A model generated the notes under the pieces. The model saw nothing but the letters and a program-made list of their open reading frames with translations, was not told the origin of the DNA and did no database searches. A stretch of 63,980 nt of DNA, filler included, from Octopus bimaculoides (Eukaryota): the NCBI RefSeq assembly GCF_001194135.2. It is 9 parts of 9 records of this genome, joined end to end, with 100 filler letters (N's around TTAATTAATTAA, not from the genome) between each part and the next. Parts side by side here need not be neighbours in the genome. Positions count along the whole stretch, not along the records: positions 1 to 16,348 come from NC_069002.1; positions 16,449 to 22,307 come from NW_026426402.1; positions 22,408 to 48,148 come from NC_068988.1; 6 more parts are not named here. One strand, given 5' to 3'. The position numbers were made by a program, and so were the translations under genes. This document shows, in pieces, positions 12,086-26,230 of the stretch (positions are counted from its first letter, which is position 1; the number at the start of each line of letters is the position of its first letter).

Positions 12086-13393
12086 TACATATATATATAT
12101 GGTTGACCGCATAGGAATTTTATGAAGATTCGAGAGAAGGTGAAATAATAAATTTTTGAAATTTGGAATAATGGTTATTGCTATGTCTCAAGCTACTGCT
12201 ATCTAGCACCTTCGGATGATCTCTATTTAACTGCTACTCGTCAGCTACTCAAATATCAGTCCACCTACCACGGTCAGACTACCTCTATGTATATGTCTTG
12301 GTCTTGGTCAATCCTATTTCTTCGCTTGGGGGAGTCGAGACAACAGTTATCGAGGCACATAACACACAGTTATAAAGAATAGAACAACTATTGAATTGAA
12401 TTTTTTTTTTTTACATGAAAAAATCGAAAGCTGCCCATGCGACTCGAACTCACATCTCCTGTGCACATGACTTTACATCTTGCTGTACTACAACGTAATT
12501 TGCTGACGTAAGTCTCCGTTACATTCCAATCTTGCGCTAATCCGTTCATGCCTTGGGATCTTCACCGCCTGCAACACCAACACCTTTCTTCTTTTTTTTT
12601 CTGAGTCTGTTGGAAGAATCATTATATTTTGAAGTGTTTGATTTTGAGAAAGTTTATATTTACCTTCCATCNNNNNNNNNNNNNNNNNNNNNNNNNNNNN
12701 NNNNNNNNNNNNNNNNNNNNNNNNNNNNNNNNNNNNNNNNNNNNNNNNNNNNNNNNNNNNNNNNNNNNNNNNNNNNNNNNNNNNNNNNNNNNNNNNNNNN
12801 NNNNNNNNNNNNNNNNNNNNNNNNNNNNNNNNNNNNNNNNNNNNNNNNNNNNNNNNNNNNNNNNNNNNNNNNNNNNNNNNNNNNNNNNNNNNNNNNNNNN
12901 NNNNNNNNNNNNNNNNNNNNNNNNNNNNNNNNNNNNNNNNNNNNNNNNNNNNNNNNNNNNNNNNNNNNNNNNNNNNNNNNNNNNNNNNNNNNNNNNNNNN
13001 NNNNNNNNNNNNNNNNNNNNNNNNNNNNNNNNNNNNNNNNNNNNNNNNNNNNNNNNNNNNNNNNNNNNNNNNNNNNNNNNNNNNNNNNNNNNNNNNNNNN
13101 NNNNNNNNNNNNNNNNNNNNNNNNNNNNNNNNNNNNNNNNNNNNNNNNNNNNNNNNNNNNNNNNNNNNNNNNNNNNNNNNNNNNNNNNNNNNNNNNNNNN
13201 NNNNNNNNNNNNNNNNNNNNNNNNNNNNNNNNNNNNNNNNNNNNNNNNNNNNNNNNNNNNNNNNNNNNNNNNNNNNNNNNNNNNNNNNNNNNNNNNNNNN
13301 NNNNNNNNNNNNNNNNNNNNNNNNNNNNNNNNNNNNNNNNNNNNNNNNNNNNNNNNNNNNNNNNNNNNNNNNNNNNNNNNNNNNNNNNNNNNN

Positions 13394-13467
<74 letters not shown>

Positions 13468-14758
13468 AAACAAACTATCGAAAATACGATTTGCATTGAT
13501 GTGATAGCATTTTCGAAGACGAAAAAACGAAATCTACTGCACAATGCAGGAAGCAAAGTTCAAGACAAGACAAAATGAAAAGTAAAATAAATTTTTAAAA
13601 AATACTATGTAAATTCTGAATGTGGTTGGAGTTAGAAATTCCACATAGAAATAAAATCAAAAAGTAATACGAACGGAAATGTAAACAAAAAAAATTACAA
13701 AATTGAGAGTAAGGGAGAATATGTCAAAGAAATTTACAGATGTGTCAAAATTTAGCAAACTAAATCGAAATGAAGTCTTCGAAATTTATAACATAATGAC
13801 AATGATAAATTATTAAACCTAAAAATAAAGTTATGACTATGGTTGATATGAATTATCTTCGATGTAAACTATAGAACAGTTGAATAAAACAAGAAAGAAT
13901 AAAAGAAATCAAAAGATAACGAATACGAGATGAATACCGAGACAATTGTGTTTTCACACTAATTCTGAACATGTTTTAATTGGAGCAATATTAATAAACT
14001 GTGCAAAGGTGAGTGTACAAGTCAGACAATATCAATAAGCATTAAAAACAAAACAAAAGGTGCGTACATCTGTCTATAGAGGAGACGTTGGCGAAATGAT
14101 AATGACATTTTGAGGGGAAGAAATTATGATGTAATAAAAGTGGACTTAGTAATGAACAGAGCGTTATTATTATCATAAAAGTCCTTGTTTAATTTTAAAA
14201 TTCTGTAACATAATATATATGTGTGTGCGTGTGTGTGTGTGTGTGTGTGTGGGTGTGTATGTGTATGTGTGTGTGTCTAAAATATACACATACACAGAGA
14301 GATACAGTTACGTATATATTTAGATATACACACATATACATATCTAAACATGTGTATATATGTGCATATATATGCGTGTATGCTTGTGGGAGTGAGCGTT
14401 AGTTAGTATATGTATGCGTATATATATATATATATNNNNNNNNNNNNNNNNNNNNNNNNNNNNNNNNNNNNNNNNNNNNNNNNNNNNNNNNNNNNNNNNN
14501 NNNNNNNNNNNNNNNNNNNNNNNNNNNNNNNNNNNNNNNNNNNNNNNNNNNNNNNNNNNNNNNNNNNNNNNNNNNNNNNNNNNNNNNNNNNNNNNNNNNN
14601 NNNNNNNNNNNNNNNNNNNNNNNNNNNNNNNNNNNNNNNNNNNNNNNNNNNNNNNNNNNNNNNNNNNNNNNNNNNNNNNNNNNNNNNNNNNNNNNNNNNN
14701 NNNNNNNNNNNNNNNNNNNNNNNNNNNNNNNNNNNNNNNNNNNNNNNNNNNNNNNNNN

Positions 14759-14813
<55 letters not shown>

Positions 14814-16081
14814 TTATATACTTATATATGTCTACATATATGGAACCGGTTGTGGTTAGTGTCCCACGTTATTTTTTTTTTTCATTTTGCGAATGTATTT
14901 ATCTTAAATTTAGGAATTAATTTTGTTTCTTGCGTGTTTGTGTGTGTAATAAAATATTATGAAAGAGGAAGAGAGGTTCCGACCGCACGAGAAATGTTGT
15001 TTAATTGCCTTAATTTCTGTCTAGACGGATAGCACACTAAAGAGCTGCTAAGATAAATTAATATATACATACTCTCAATCCACCCGCTTGTTGAACATGG
15101 CCATGAAGCGATGACAATCGTCGCATTTGCCGGTTTATTGCTTAAGTGTACTATGGATAGAATTATGAGGAAGTGACGAAATTCTAAATTAATTCATAAA
15201 ATCCCATAGCTCTCTATGTAATACCAAATAAATGTCGTTCGGTCATCGAGACATAGACATAAACATATACGCACACGTACACACACATACACATACACAA
15301 ATATGGATGGCTCGAAGCATCAACTGAAATTTACGTACACGTAAACACACGGTGAACACTGCCTCAGTAATCCTGTTTTTTTTTTCGTACGTCTACTTTT
15401 TCAGTGTTGACCTGATTATATCAACAACGGTGACAGCAATTGCAGCGGTAACAACAATAACAAAAATAAGTTTCAAATTTTGACACAAAGCCTTGGGGGG
15501 AAGGGAGGTCGATTACATCGACCTCAGTACTCAACTGGTACTTATTTCGTCGCCCCCGAAAGGATGAAGGGCAAAGTCGACCTCGTCAGAATTTGAAGTC
15601 AGAACATAATGAAGGAAGGAATGCCGCTAAACATTTGTCCCAGCATGCTGACTATTTCCGCCTTGTACTCAAAGAGAGAGTATTGGAAACCAAAGCAATA
15701 TCAACGAAACATCTGTTATGGCACTGCCATCGGTAGGGGTGTCGGTGACACTGGCGGTGGTAGTGGCATTATACTTGCCGTTTATCTCCAAAGTTACAAA
15801 CGTTCGAGGAAATCTATGAGAAAAAGAAAGAAAAAAAGCCTTCCATTTTCGACCACCCTGTATTTACCTCTTCAATGCGTACTTTCCCAAGTCAATTCAT
15901 AATGATTTCAGGGATAAATCTGGCTGCAATTTCTAACAGGTTGAGTGATGAGGTGGAGGCTGTTGAGTTGAAAATAGCAAGAATGGATTATGCTGCTGGA
16001 AATGAAGGAATTGTTAATGATGAAGTTAGTGATAGTTGGTAGAGGTGGTGGCTATTATGATGTTGGTGATGACAGGAGGGG

Positions 16082-16082
<1 letters not shown>

Positions 16083-16172
<90 letters not shown>
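16083..16172. repeat. (TAG)n microsatellite
   Basis: Directly visible. Many other (TA)n, (TG)n, (CATA)n, (GATA)n, (CAA/CAC)n and (CCT)n tracts occur throughout, most N gaps abutting them. Confidence 0.95.
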
Positions 16173-16174
<2 letters not shown>

Positions 16175-16348
16175 ATGCTGTCGGTTATGATGGAGGTGGA
16201 GCTAAATGTGATGAAGAAGAGGAGACGGATTAGTGGTGGCAATTGTGAGGACGAAAGATATTGGCGCCGTTGATTTCATGTTGACAGTGGTTGTGGTGAT
16301 GATGATAATGATGATGACGATTATGATATTGGTGGTAGTGGTGGTGGT

Positions 16349-16448
16349 NNNNNNNNNNNNNNNNNNNNNNNNNNNNNNNNNNNNNNNNNNNNTTAATTAA
16401 TTAANNNNNNNNNNNNNNNNNNNNNNNNNNNNNNNNNNNNNNNNNNNN
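16349..16448. other. Artificial scaffold-join spacer (44 N + TTAATTAATTAA + 44 N)
   Basis: Identical 100-nt construct at 16349, 22308, 48149, 50908, 53016, 54983, 60513 and 62746; the 12-mer gives stops in all six frames. Confidence 0.97.
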
Positions 16449-16620
16449 ACATACAAGATGCAAACGAACATACACACACGAATACATATATACACAAGCA
16501 CAATCATACTTTCACCCATACATACATACATACATACATACATATACACATACATACACAATACATACGTAAATACATGCACACACACACACACTTACGT
16601 ACATACATACACACGCACAC

Positions 16621-16651
<31 letters not shown>

Positions 16652-16845
16652 CATACACACACACATACATAATTGATTCCTATGCACTCACCTGGACAAA
16701 CTACTTCACCATTCCTGTTAAAGTCACAACTCGAACGTAAATGAAAATTATGGCAAGGAATATTCCTGCCATTTTCATTGTTTTCTTTATGCATTCTTAA
16801 ATATAACTTTCTCGCTTGTTGCATTTCAGTTACAAACATCACGGT

Positions 16846-17674
<829 letters not shown>

Positions 17675-17788
17675 ATTTTGTTGCTGTTTATTTTTTTCAT
17701 TTCGTTTTTGTTGTTGTTGACAGCGTATGGTCACGTTCCATTGAACATACCAGTAAAAGTCATTTTTTTCTCAGTATCACCTTTTGAA

Positions 17789-17848
<60 letters not shown>

Positions 17849-17924
17849 TTCAGATTCGTTATACCACCTTGGTTCAATTTCAAATGTCTACCCCCATTAC
17901 TTTTGATCGAGAAAGAAAGAAAAC

Positions 17925-17966
<42 letters not shown>

Positions 17967-18699
17967 GACAGAGAGAGATAGAGAAAGAAAGAGAGAGACA
18001 GAGACAGAGGAGAGAAAACCTCGTCTCTGGAGATTTTTTTTATTAATATATACATATTTTTTTATTCTGCTTTGCTCTTTTCTATTTTTTGTCTTATTTT
18101 ATTAGTTCCAAACTGCACTTTACAATATTTACACGCGTTAGAAAATGGCTGACATAGAAGTGGTAGGAGGGGGCGCTTGCCACAGGGACAGTAGCATTAG
18201 TGGCAGTAACATGCAAAATTGTCAGCAGCAGTTTATTTTCGAATGAAAGAATATTTAAACGAAAGACATATATGTCTTTCTACAATACAAGATATACCCA
18301 CACAGAATATATAAAAGGTACAGCGTATATTTAAATACATAAGAGGAATACACTAATGAGATTCCTTACACTAGAAAGAACTGCTAGGTTCTAGAACCAC
18401 AAAATTAGGGATAAAATGCCCAAAAGGAACGAAATGAAAAATAAAAACTTTTACCACATCTTTCTTGAACCAAATAGGTTTCTGACTTATTTTTGCAATT
18501 TAAACTAATTTGCTAGGGGAAGTCTTTATCAACAGATACACCCAAGACTAAAATATATAAACACGAGGTAATCAATTCCATGCCTCCCGTTTATACATCC
18601 TAATTTTTTCAGATCTACTGCGCAGGCGCAGCTCCTTGCTGGCAATGAAAAAATGCCAAATTTTAAAATTCGAAAAATTATCCAAAAAACTTATAATAA

Positions 18700-19480
18700 T
18701 TAATCGTATCAAATTTTCACCTCCAAGGGAGGATCGCCGCCGGATACCGATGGTCAACCCCATCGAAGGCATTAGACTGGTCCAAATTCACCAGTATCCC
18801 ACCCTTGCCAGGAACTTTACTAACCCGCTCTATTNNNNNNNNNNNNNNNNNNNNNNNNNNNNNNNNNNNNNNNNNNNNNNNNNNNNNNNNNNNNNNNNNN
18901 NNNNNNNNNNNNNNNNNNNNNNNNNNNNNNNNNNNNNNNNNNNNNNNNNNNNNNNNNNNNNNNNNNNNNNNNNNNNNNNNNNNNNNNNNNNNNNNNNNNN
19001 NNNNNNNNNNNNNNNNNNNNNNNNNNNNNNNNNNNNNNNNNNNNNNNNNNNNNNNNNNNNNNNNNNNNNNNNNNNNNNNNNNNNNNNNNNNNNNNNNNNN
19101 NNNCAGCGAAGTGCTAGTAAAAGGCCTCACACATCTCCTCCTGTCCTTTGATTGGATTGAACGTCCATGTTCATCCACAAAAGATCTTATCGTGGCATCG
19201 ATACCACGTCGAGTTTCTACCGTGCGAGCGCACCCGGAAACATTGATACCCTCGCAACCCAGTGCACGTAATTTTCCCCGAACCGTGCTTCCCTCGTGTT
19301 TGGCACTGAGGTGTCGGTCCATGACCGATGTCTCCGCCAAAACTTTGGATGCAGAGCCCACTCTCAGCGCCTCTTCTAAGACCTCAATTAATTTCCCTTC
19401 TACTATAGTCTGCTCTAGACTTAACTGCTTGGTAGGGTCGTAACACCAGCACCCTAATCACTGCGTTCCCGCGCCTTCAC
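18700..19480 (-). mobile_element. Tx1/L1-clade LINE fragment (linker plus RT), spanning an N gap
   Basis: GKGGILVNLDQSNAFDGVDHRY corresponds to the LDQ.KAFDRVDH RT motif; the upstream fragment reads IRSFVDEHGR. Confidence 0.8.
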
Positions 19481-19559
19481 AATAAACGGAATACTCAAAT
19501 ACTATAATTTTTTTCTATAATAGTTACGTAGCCTGAAATTTTTAGGGAGTGGGCTAATC

Positions 19560-19624
19560 GATTACATTGATCGATTACATTGATCGATTACATTGATCGA
19601 TTACATTGATCGATTACATTGATC
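19560..19624. repeat. 13-bp unit x5 (gattacattgatc)
   Basis: Five exact copies inside a family C SINE relic. Confidence 0.95.
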
Positions 19625-19736
19625 CCAGAGCTCAGCGGATACTTTATTGTATCAGACTTGAAGGAGGAAAGGCAAAGTCGATCGCAGTAGAATTTGAATT
19701 CAGAACGCGAAGAGCCACGAAGAAATGCCGTTAAAT

Positions 19737-19966
19737 AGGCGGCGAGCTGGCAGAAATGTTAGCACGCCGGACGAAATGCTTAGCGGCATTTCGTCTGTTT
19801 ACGTTCTGAGTTCAAATTCCGCCGAGGTCGACGTTGCCTCTCATCCTTTCGGGGTTGATTAAATAAGTACCAGTTGCGCACTGGAGTCGATATAATCGAC
19901 TTAATCCGTTTGTCTGTCCTTGTTTGTCCCCTCTGTGTTCAGCCCCTTGTGGGCAGTAAAGAAATA
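19737..19966 (+). mobile_element. SINE family C copy nested inside an older antisense family C copy (19525-20010)
   Basis: Matches 35291-35524; the interrupted - strand copy resumes immediately after 19966. Confidence 0.85.
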
Positions 19967-22407
19967 TTTTGTGCAGCGCGGTAACGATTCTGCCCGCTCA
20001 CGGCCTTAATAACAAGAATACGTTCTAATTTTGGCACAAGGCCAGCAGTTTTAGGGTTGAGGGTAAAATGATCATATCGACTCCAGTGCTCAACTGGTAC
20101 TTATTTTAACAACCCCTAAAGGATGAACAAAACGGGGGTTTCGTATCAAAGAATACCTAGGTAAACTCCAGTTCAGTCCGATGTCTTTGAGAAATCGCCG
20201 AAACAAATACCGAAGCATCAGATAATGAAAAATACTGGGATCGATATATACGACTAAAAACGATGAGGATCAAAACTTGGTGCTGAATGTTGTGTTCTAA
20301 AATGGCCGTTGATCAATGATGAAGCCAGTAATGGAATCAAAGTATAAAGGAATTGTAAAGGAATGCGAGAATAACATATGTTTGCGAAGATTTCTAAGGA
20401 GTGTATTGCATCTGAGCAGACAATGTTTATAATCTGTTGATCAGAGGTGAGAAATTTCCCATTTATTCACTAATATATCGATTCTAAGCTCTCAGAGACT
20501 ATCGTTAAGCAGAAAATGAATGGAAACCAATATTGATTCCAATAACAAAGCTACAGCCATACTTCAGCCAGAACTCGAAATCGTTTTAGACTCGAAAAAA
20601 TTGGAACCAATTCGTTTTTTTTTTTAAATCAGGTACTTACACTATTGGGTCTCTTTTGCCGAACACCTAAGAGTTTCGGGGCCGTGATTATAAACCCGGG
20701 TCAACCAAATCACAATCTCTTGTTTGCCCGGGACTATAGTAAATTAAATAACACTTGCCCAAGGTACCATGCAATGAGACTGAACCTGAAACTTTTTATC
20801 ACACAGCCTTGCCTACACATATGCCCTAGGTCATGCACCTTGATATGGGAGTTAAAAGATAGCTACAGCGGAATTTGAACTCAGAGTTCAAGGCGCAGTA
20901 ACAAATAGGGCAAAGTATTCCGTACAACGCTCGACTAATTTTTATAATCCACCGCCCTTTACTGGTACTTTTATGTATCCATCCCACCTCCCCACAAGAT
21001 GATGAAAGGCAAAATTGACTTCGACTCGAATTGAACAATAGAAGCCGAAATGATATTTGCAAGGAATTTCATCCGAAGCTCTAAACCCTTCTGCCCTAAT
21101 TTGCTGGAATACCTTCAATAGGTTTTCTGTTCAATGAGGCCTCGACGAAATCTGATAATGTTTGTTTCTAGTATAGGCAAAAGGGGCATTTTTTTTTGGT
21201 ACTGCTGGTCGAAAATTAAGTCGATTATATGGGCCCCAGTACTTGTGTGTTCGTTTATATTAAGCCTTTCGCTCCCTATAGAGTATAGGCGATCGGCAGC
21301 TTTTGTCCACTATTCTTAACTCTGGGCTGTCAGAATGTGAGAGACCCTTGCATTGTGTAAGGTCGGGTATTGTTCGTATTGAACTGCCATCAATGTTCCT
21401 TCCTGAAACTTTGCTTGTTTTGTAGGTACAGGTATTGGCCCTATGCAAACTTATATGTAGCTCCGGGAAGAAGTGGTCTTATTAGTCTGGACTATCTTTT
21501 TATCTGTCCTGCATCAGAGGCACTACCAGACGCATGCGCTCAGCTTCAGATATCTCACAGGGTCAGTGAAGAATTCAAGCCAGCCAGGCAACAAAGACTA
21601 GGCTTTGTAGTGGGGTGCTCTCCTGACATAACTCTCGGGATCATTGAGGCTCAAAAACCACCAGCCTTCAACAAGCATTTGACCTTGCGGTAAACCCCAG
21701 AATTTGACTGGTATTTTATGGGAAAAAAAATTAAACGCAAAGTTGAAATTCAGTAGCAGTTGAACACAGAAAGAGAGTGCCGGATTAGACATCACTACAA
21801 GGTATTTTGTCCAACGATTCTGCGACCACCGTTACCACTACCTGAAATAATGGTTACCATATATTCTATATAAGATGACGAGCTGACAAAATCGTAAGCA
21901 CACCGGACAAAGTGCTTAGCAGCATTTTGTCCGTCTTTAAATTCTGAGTTCAAATTCAGTCGAACTCGACTTTGCGTTTCACCATTTCGAGGTATTGGGG
22001 TCGATGTAATCTGCTAGCCCCCTCCCCACAAAATGTTGGTTCTTGGGCCTATAATAGAAAGGTTTATTATTATTGTTATTAATTTAAGTTAGTGGGGTAG
22101 CAGAATCGGTATCATGCCGGATAAAATGCTCAGCGGCATTGAGTCCGTGTTTATGTTCTCAGTTCAAACTTCACGGAGCCGATATTGCTTATCATCCTTT
22201 CGGGGTCGATAAAAATAAGTGCCAGTTGAACACTGAAATTTATATAATCGACGGATGCCCTTTCTCCGAAATTGTCAGCTTTGTACCAAAATCTGAAGCC
22301 GATATTANNNNNNNNNNNNNNNNNNNNNNNNNNNNNNNNNNNNNNNNNNNNTTAATTAATTAANNNNNNNNNNNNNNNNNNNNNNNNNNNNNNNNNNNNN
22401 NNNNNNN

Positions 22408-23097
22408 ATGGGTCGGACGATTTGACAGAGGTCTGGTGAAGCAGATGACTACACCAGGCTCCAATCTGATTTGGCAGAGTTTCTACAGCTGGATGCCCTT
22501 CCTAATGCCAACAACTCCGAGAGTGTAGTGGGTGCTTTTATGTGCCACCGGCACAAAGGCCAGTCAGGCAGTACTGGCAATGGCCACGCTCAAAATGGTG
22601 TATTTTACGTGCCACCTGCACAGAAGCCAGTCCAGTGGCACTGGCAATGACCTCGCTCAAATGGCTTTTCACGTGCCACCGGCACAAGTGCTAGGGAGGT
22701 GATGCTGGTAACGATCACACTCAAATGATGCTATTTACGTGCCACTGGCATGGAAGCCAGACAGCTGCTCTGGCAACAATCACGCTCAGATGGTGCTCTT
22801 AGCACTCCACTGGTACAGGTGCCATCACGTTTTCGCTTTCAGCTACCGCAACAGGTCTTCGCAAGCCGAGTTTAGTGTTCAATGAAGGAGACGTTGGCAT
22901 GGATACCAGTCATTGAATTTAGTTCGATTTCGATTTCACTTGCCTCAACAGCTCTTCGCAAGCAGTGTTTAGTGTCCAATGAAGGAAAGGTACGCATAAG
23001 TGGGCTGGCTACACCCCTGGCAGAGGCTTTGGATTATGGTCTCACTTGGCTTGCCAGGTCTTCTCACGCACAGCATAGTTCCAATGGTCTCAGTCAT
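22408..23097 (-). mobile_element. 5'-truncated RTE-type LINE 3' end (ORF2 C-terminus plus long 3' UTR)
   Basis: The - strand begins with D*DHWNYAVREKTWQAK* (ORF end), then internal gtgccacc-containing repeats and the ggaagggcatccagctgtagaaa motif. Other copies end in a (GAT)n tail. Confidence 0.8.
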
Positions 23098-23361
23098 ATA
23101 TTTATAAGGAGAATTCACAAAAAAAAACAAAAGATGAAGACAGGTGGTGTAGACAACAAAGAGATGTATTAGTTTAACTCTCGGGAAGCGAAAAAGTCTT
23201 TAACATTTCGAGCCTATGCTCTTCCACAGAAAGGAACACAGAAAGAAACAAGGAGAGAAAATAAAGAATGTGTAGTGGTTAGTGATCTATCATACATACA
23301 TACATATATATACATATATGTATATGTATGCATGCATGTATGTATGTATGTATGTATGTGT

Positions 23362-23752
23362 GGAGGCGTAATGGCCCAGTGGTTAGGGCAACGGACTCGA
23401 TGTCATAGGATCGCGGTTTCGATTCCCAGACCGGGCGTTGTGAGTGTTTATTGAGCGAAAACACCGAAAGCTCCATAAGGGTCCGGCAGGGGATGGTGGC
23501 GAACCCTGCTGTACTCTTTCACCACAACTTTCCCTCACTCTTACTTCCTGTTTCTGTTGTGCCTGTAATTCAAAGGGTCAGCCTTGTCACACTGTGTCAC
23601 ACTGAATACCCCCGAGAACTACGTTAAGGGTACACGTGTCTGTGGAGTGCTCAGCCACTTGGACGATAATTTCACGAGCAGGCTGTTCTGTTGATCGGAT
23701 CAACTGGAACCCTCAACGCCGTCAGCGACAGAGTGCCAACAACAACAACAAC
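23362..23752 (+). mobile_element. tRNA-derived SINE, family A, full length, (AAC)n tail
   Basis: A box tggcccagtgg, B box ggtttcgattcc, ~390 bp; near-identical inverted copy at 38077-38458. tRNA-derived SINEs (OK/OR1/OR2) are described from Octopus, but I cannot assign which one this is. Confidence 0.9.
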
Positions 23753-24160
23753 ATGTATGTACGTATGTATGTATGTATGTATGAATAATATATTTTTCAT
23801 GAGGCCTTAAAGCATTGTCTGATATAATTGTTTTAAATATGTCTTTTTTATAAATCGCAAACAATCCAAGTCATAAATCATTAATAATTACAGGTCAATG
23901 TCTTGTACTATTAGCTGGTATGACGATATTTCAGGAAATTTACAGAGAAAAGGTGTTGATTGCTGATGTATCTGCTTTGTAGTGTGTTTGTATGAACGGT
24001 TATTTTGCATTGCTATAGTAATCAGTCAGCTACATATGCTTTAGATTTGTCATATATTACTCTTTTATTTGTTTCAGTCATTTGACTGTGGCCATGCTGG
24101 AGCACTGCCACATTCATATATACATACATACATACATACATATCCATCTATATGTATATG

Positions 24161-24207
<47 letters not shown>

Positions 24208-24234
24208 ACATATGCACATATACATACATATATA

Positions 24235-25115
24235 TGCGGTCTGATCAATAAGTATCCGAATTGTTGGTATAGTAATGAAGCTAAAACACAGAGAGTAAAG
24301 CTGCTTGACACAGATTGATTTTGAACACTGCTGTGCATGCACACTAAGTTTTAACATTCTAGCTCACTTTTGCTGTTTACAGCAGTGCTTGGAAGGAACG
24401 TGTGTAGCATATGATTGTCACAATGACAATGACTGAAAGTTGAGCAGAGAATCTTCATCAAATTTTGCCAAAATCATGGTGATACCTGCTCAGAGTTTTC
24501 AACAAGTTTTCATCGTTCTTGACACAATCAAGGAGATCTTGTGCAACGGAAACCCAAGTGTTGTTTTGGTCAGCTGAAAGCCGTTTTGGCACAAACTTGG
24601 CAGACACGCATCTCATACCCAAATCTCCATTGATAATGGACTGAACTGAACTGTAACTATTCTGCACATCCTCTGATAACTTATGGATGGTGATTCAATG
24701 ATTTTCCCTCACAGCTGCATGCACATCTATGATATTTTTCTCAGTTCTACTGGTTGCAGGTCTTCTAGAACGTCCGTCAGCATCGACATTTTTTCGGCCA
24801 TCTTAGAAATGTGTGAAGCACTCGTACACTTCTGTGCAGCTCATACACTCCTCTCCATACACTTTCTGCAACTTTGCGTAGGCCTCTGAGCAGGTATCAC
24901 CATGACAACTTTCTTTGTTATGGTCAATGCAATGATCACATGCTACACACCTTCCTTCCCAGCACTGCTGTAAACAGCAGAAGTGACTTAGAATATTAAA
25001 ACTTAGTGCACATGCACAGCAGAGTTCAAGGTCAATCTGTACTAAACAGCTTCACTCTGTGTGCTTTAGCTTCGTTTCTATAGCAACAGTCCGGATACTT
25101 ATTGATCAGACCTCA
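24235..25115 (-). mobile_element. Non-autonomous mariner derivative built from two 5' ends in inverted orientation
   Basis: TA-flanked TIRs tg(c/a)ggtctgatcaataagtatccg at both ends; inverted arms 24235-24495 and 24884-25115. The - strand encodes a mariner N-terminus (GDTCSEAYAKL...LGMRCVSAKFVPKRLS..Q) with no catalytic domain. Confidence 0.9.
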
Positions 25116-25251
25116 TATATATATATATACACATACATATATATCTAGATCATCATTTTTAATGTACATTTTCCATGTTGGCATGGGTTGGACGGTGAGT
25201 TTGATATGACCTGGCCAGCCAGGGAGCTGTCTAAACATGCAATTCACAGGC

Positions 25252-25337
<86 letters not shown>

Positions 25338-25529
25338 ACCTGCTTCTTACAGTTTCTGTTCATGAAATCCACTCATAAGACTTGGTCTTTTCAAGGATAT
25401 AGTAGAAGCTTTATACCCAATTACGCTCACAGTGTGATTGAACCTAAGGTGATATGGTTGGGAGGAAAATTTCTTAACCACACAGTCACATCTATATATA
25501 TACCTGTATATGATATATTTGTATAATAT

Positions 25530-26230
25530 AGAGGGAGGCCTCAGCTAAACAACTGATTGGTAAGGAACAAAGATATAAATTTTTCTGGGTTGGCAATAGT
25601 GATGATGTGTTAGGGGTAGGTATATTTTGGTAGAGAAATGAGAGAACAGGGTGATCAAGATTGTCAGCATGGGAAATAGGATAGAAAATATAGAAGCAAT
25701 ATTTATTTCTATACATGATTCACAATCAGGACTGGCAGATGAACAAAAGGACTGATTTTAAGCAGCTCTTTTTGCAGATTACCTCAAAAATGTATGATGG
25801 TGACCTTATATTTGAGTCTGGTAACTGCAATGGATGCATTAGACAGCAAATTGATAGATTCTATGGTGTACCTGAGGGCTATGGCTTTGGTCCTAGAAAT
25901 GAAGAGAGAGAAAAAGTTTCTTGGAATCCTGTTATGTAACAAAAAACCCCCAAGAAACCAACTGGTCACCTGATCACCTGTCAATATGGTGGGCACACAA
26001 GCCAGATTGAGATAGACAGATGCTTGTGAATGCAAAGTCCTTCTTGGGTGAGAAATGCACAACCCAACATAGGTTAGTGGCAAGCAACTTCAGGCTTAGA
26101 ACACAAAGGACTGAGATATACAAAGCAATCTGGAAATGGAAGTTTAAAAATTTAGTGAACAGTTATAAACTTAGAGAAGTACTATTTGAAGCATTTGATG
26201 AGGAGGAGGAGATAGAGACATTTAGGGGTA
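25530..26230 (+). mobile_element. RTE-clade LINE fragment, APE endonuclease region, decayed
   Basis: Translated fragments YKFFWVGN...GVGI, GYGFGPRNEE, GHLIT.QYGGHTSQI and QHRLVASNFRL are typical of RTE endonucleases; multiple frameshifts. Confidence 0.85.

Noticed and set aside
12488-12670. Exon encoding SEKKRRKVLVLQAVKIPRHERISARLECNGDL
   Set aside because: Plausible acceptor but no convincing donor and no recognisable family.
16393-16404. TTAATTAATTAA recurring eight times as a possible conserved motif
   Set aside because: Always centred in exactly 100-nt N spacers; it is an assembly linker, not biology.
23362-23435. tRNA gene
   Set aside because: A and B boxes belong to a SINE head; there is no proper acceptor stem or terminator, and the sequence continues into the SINE body.
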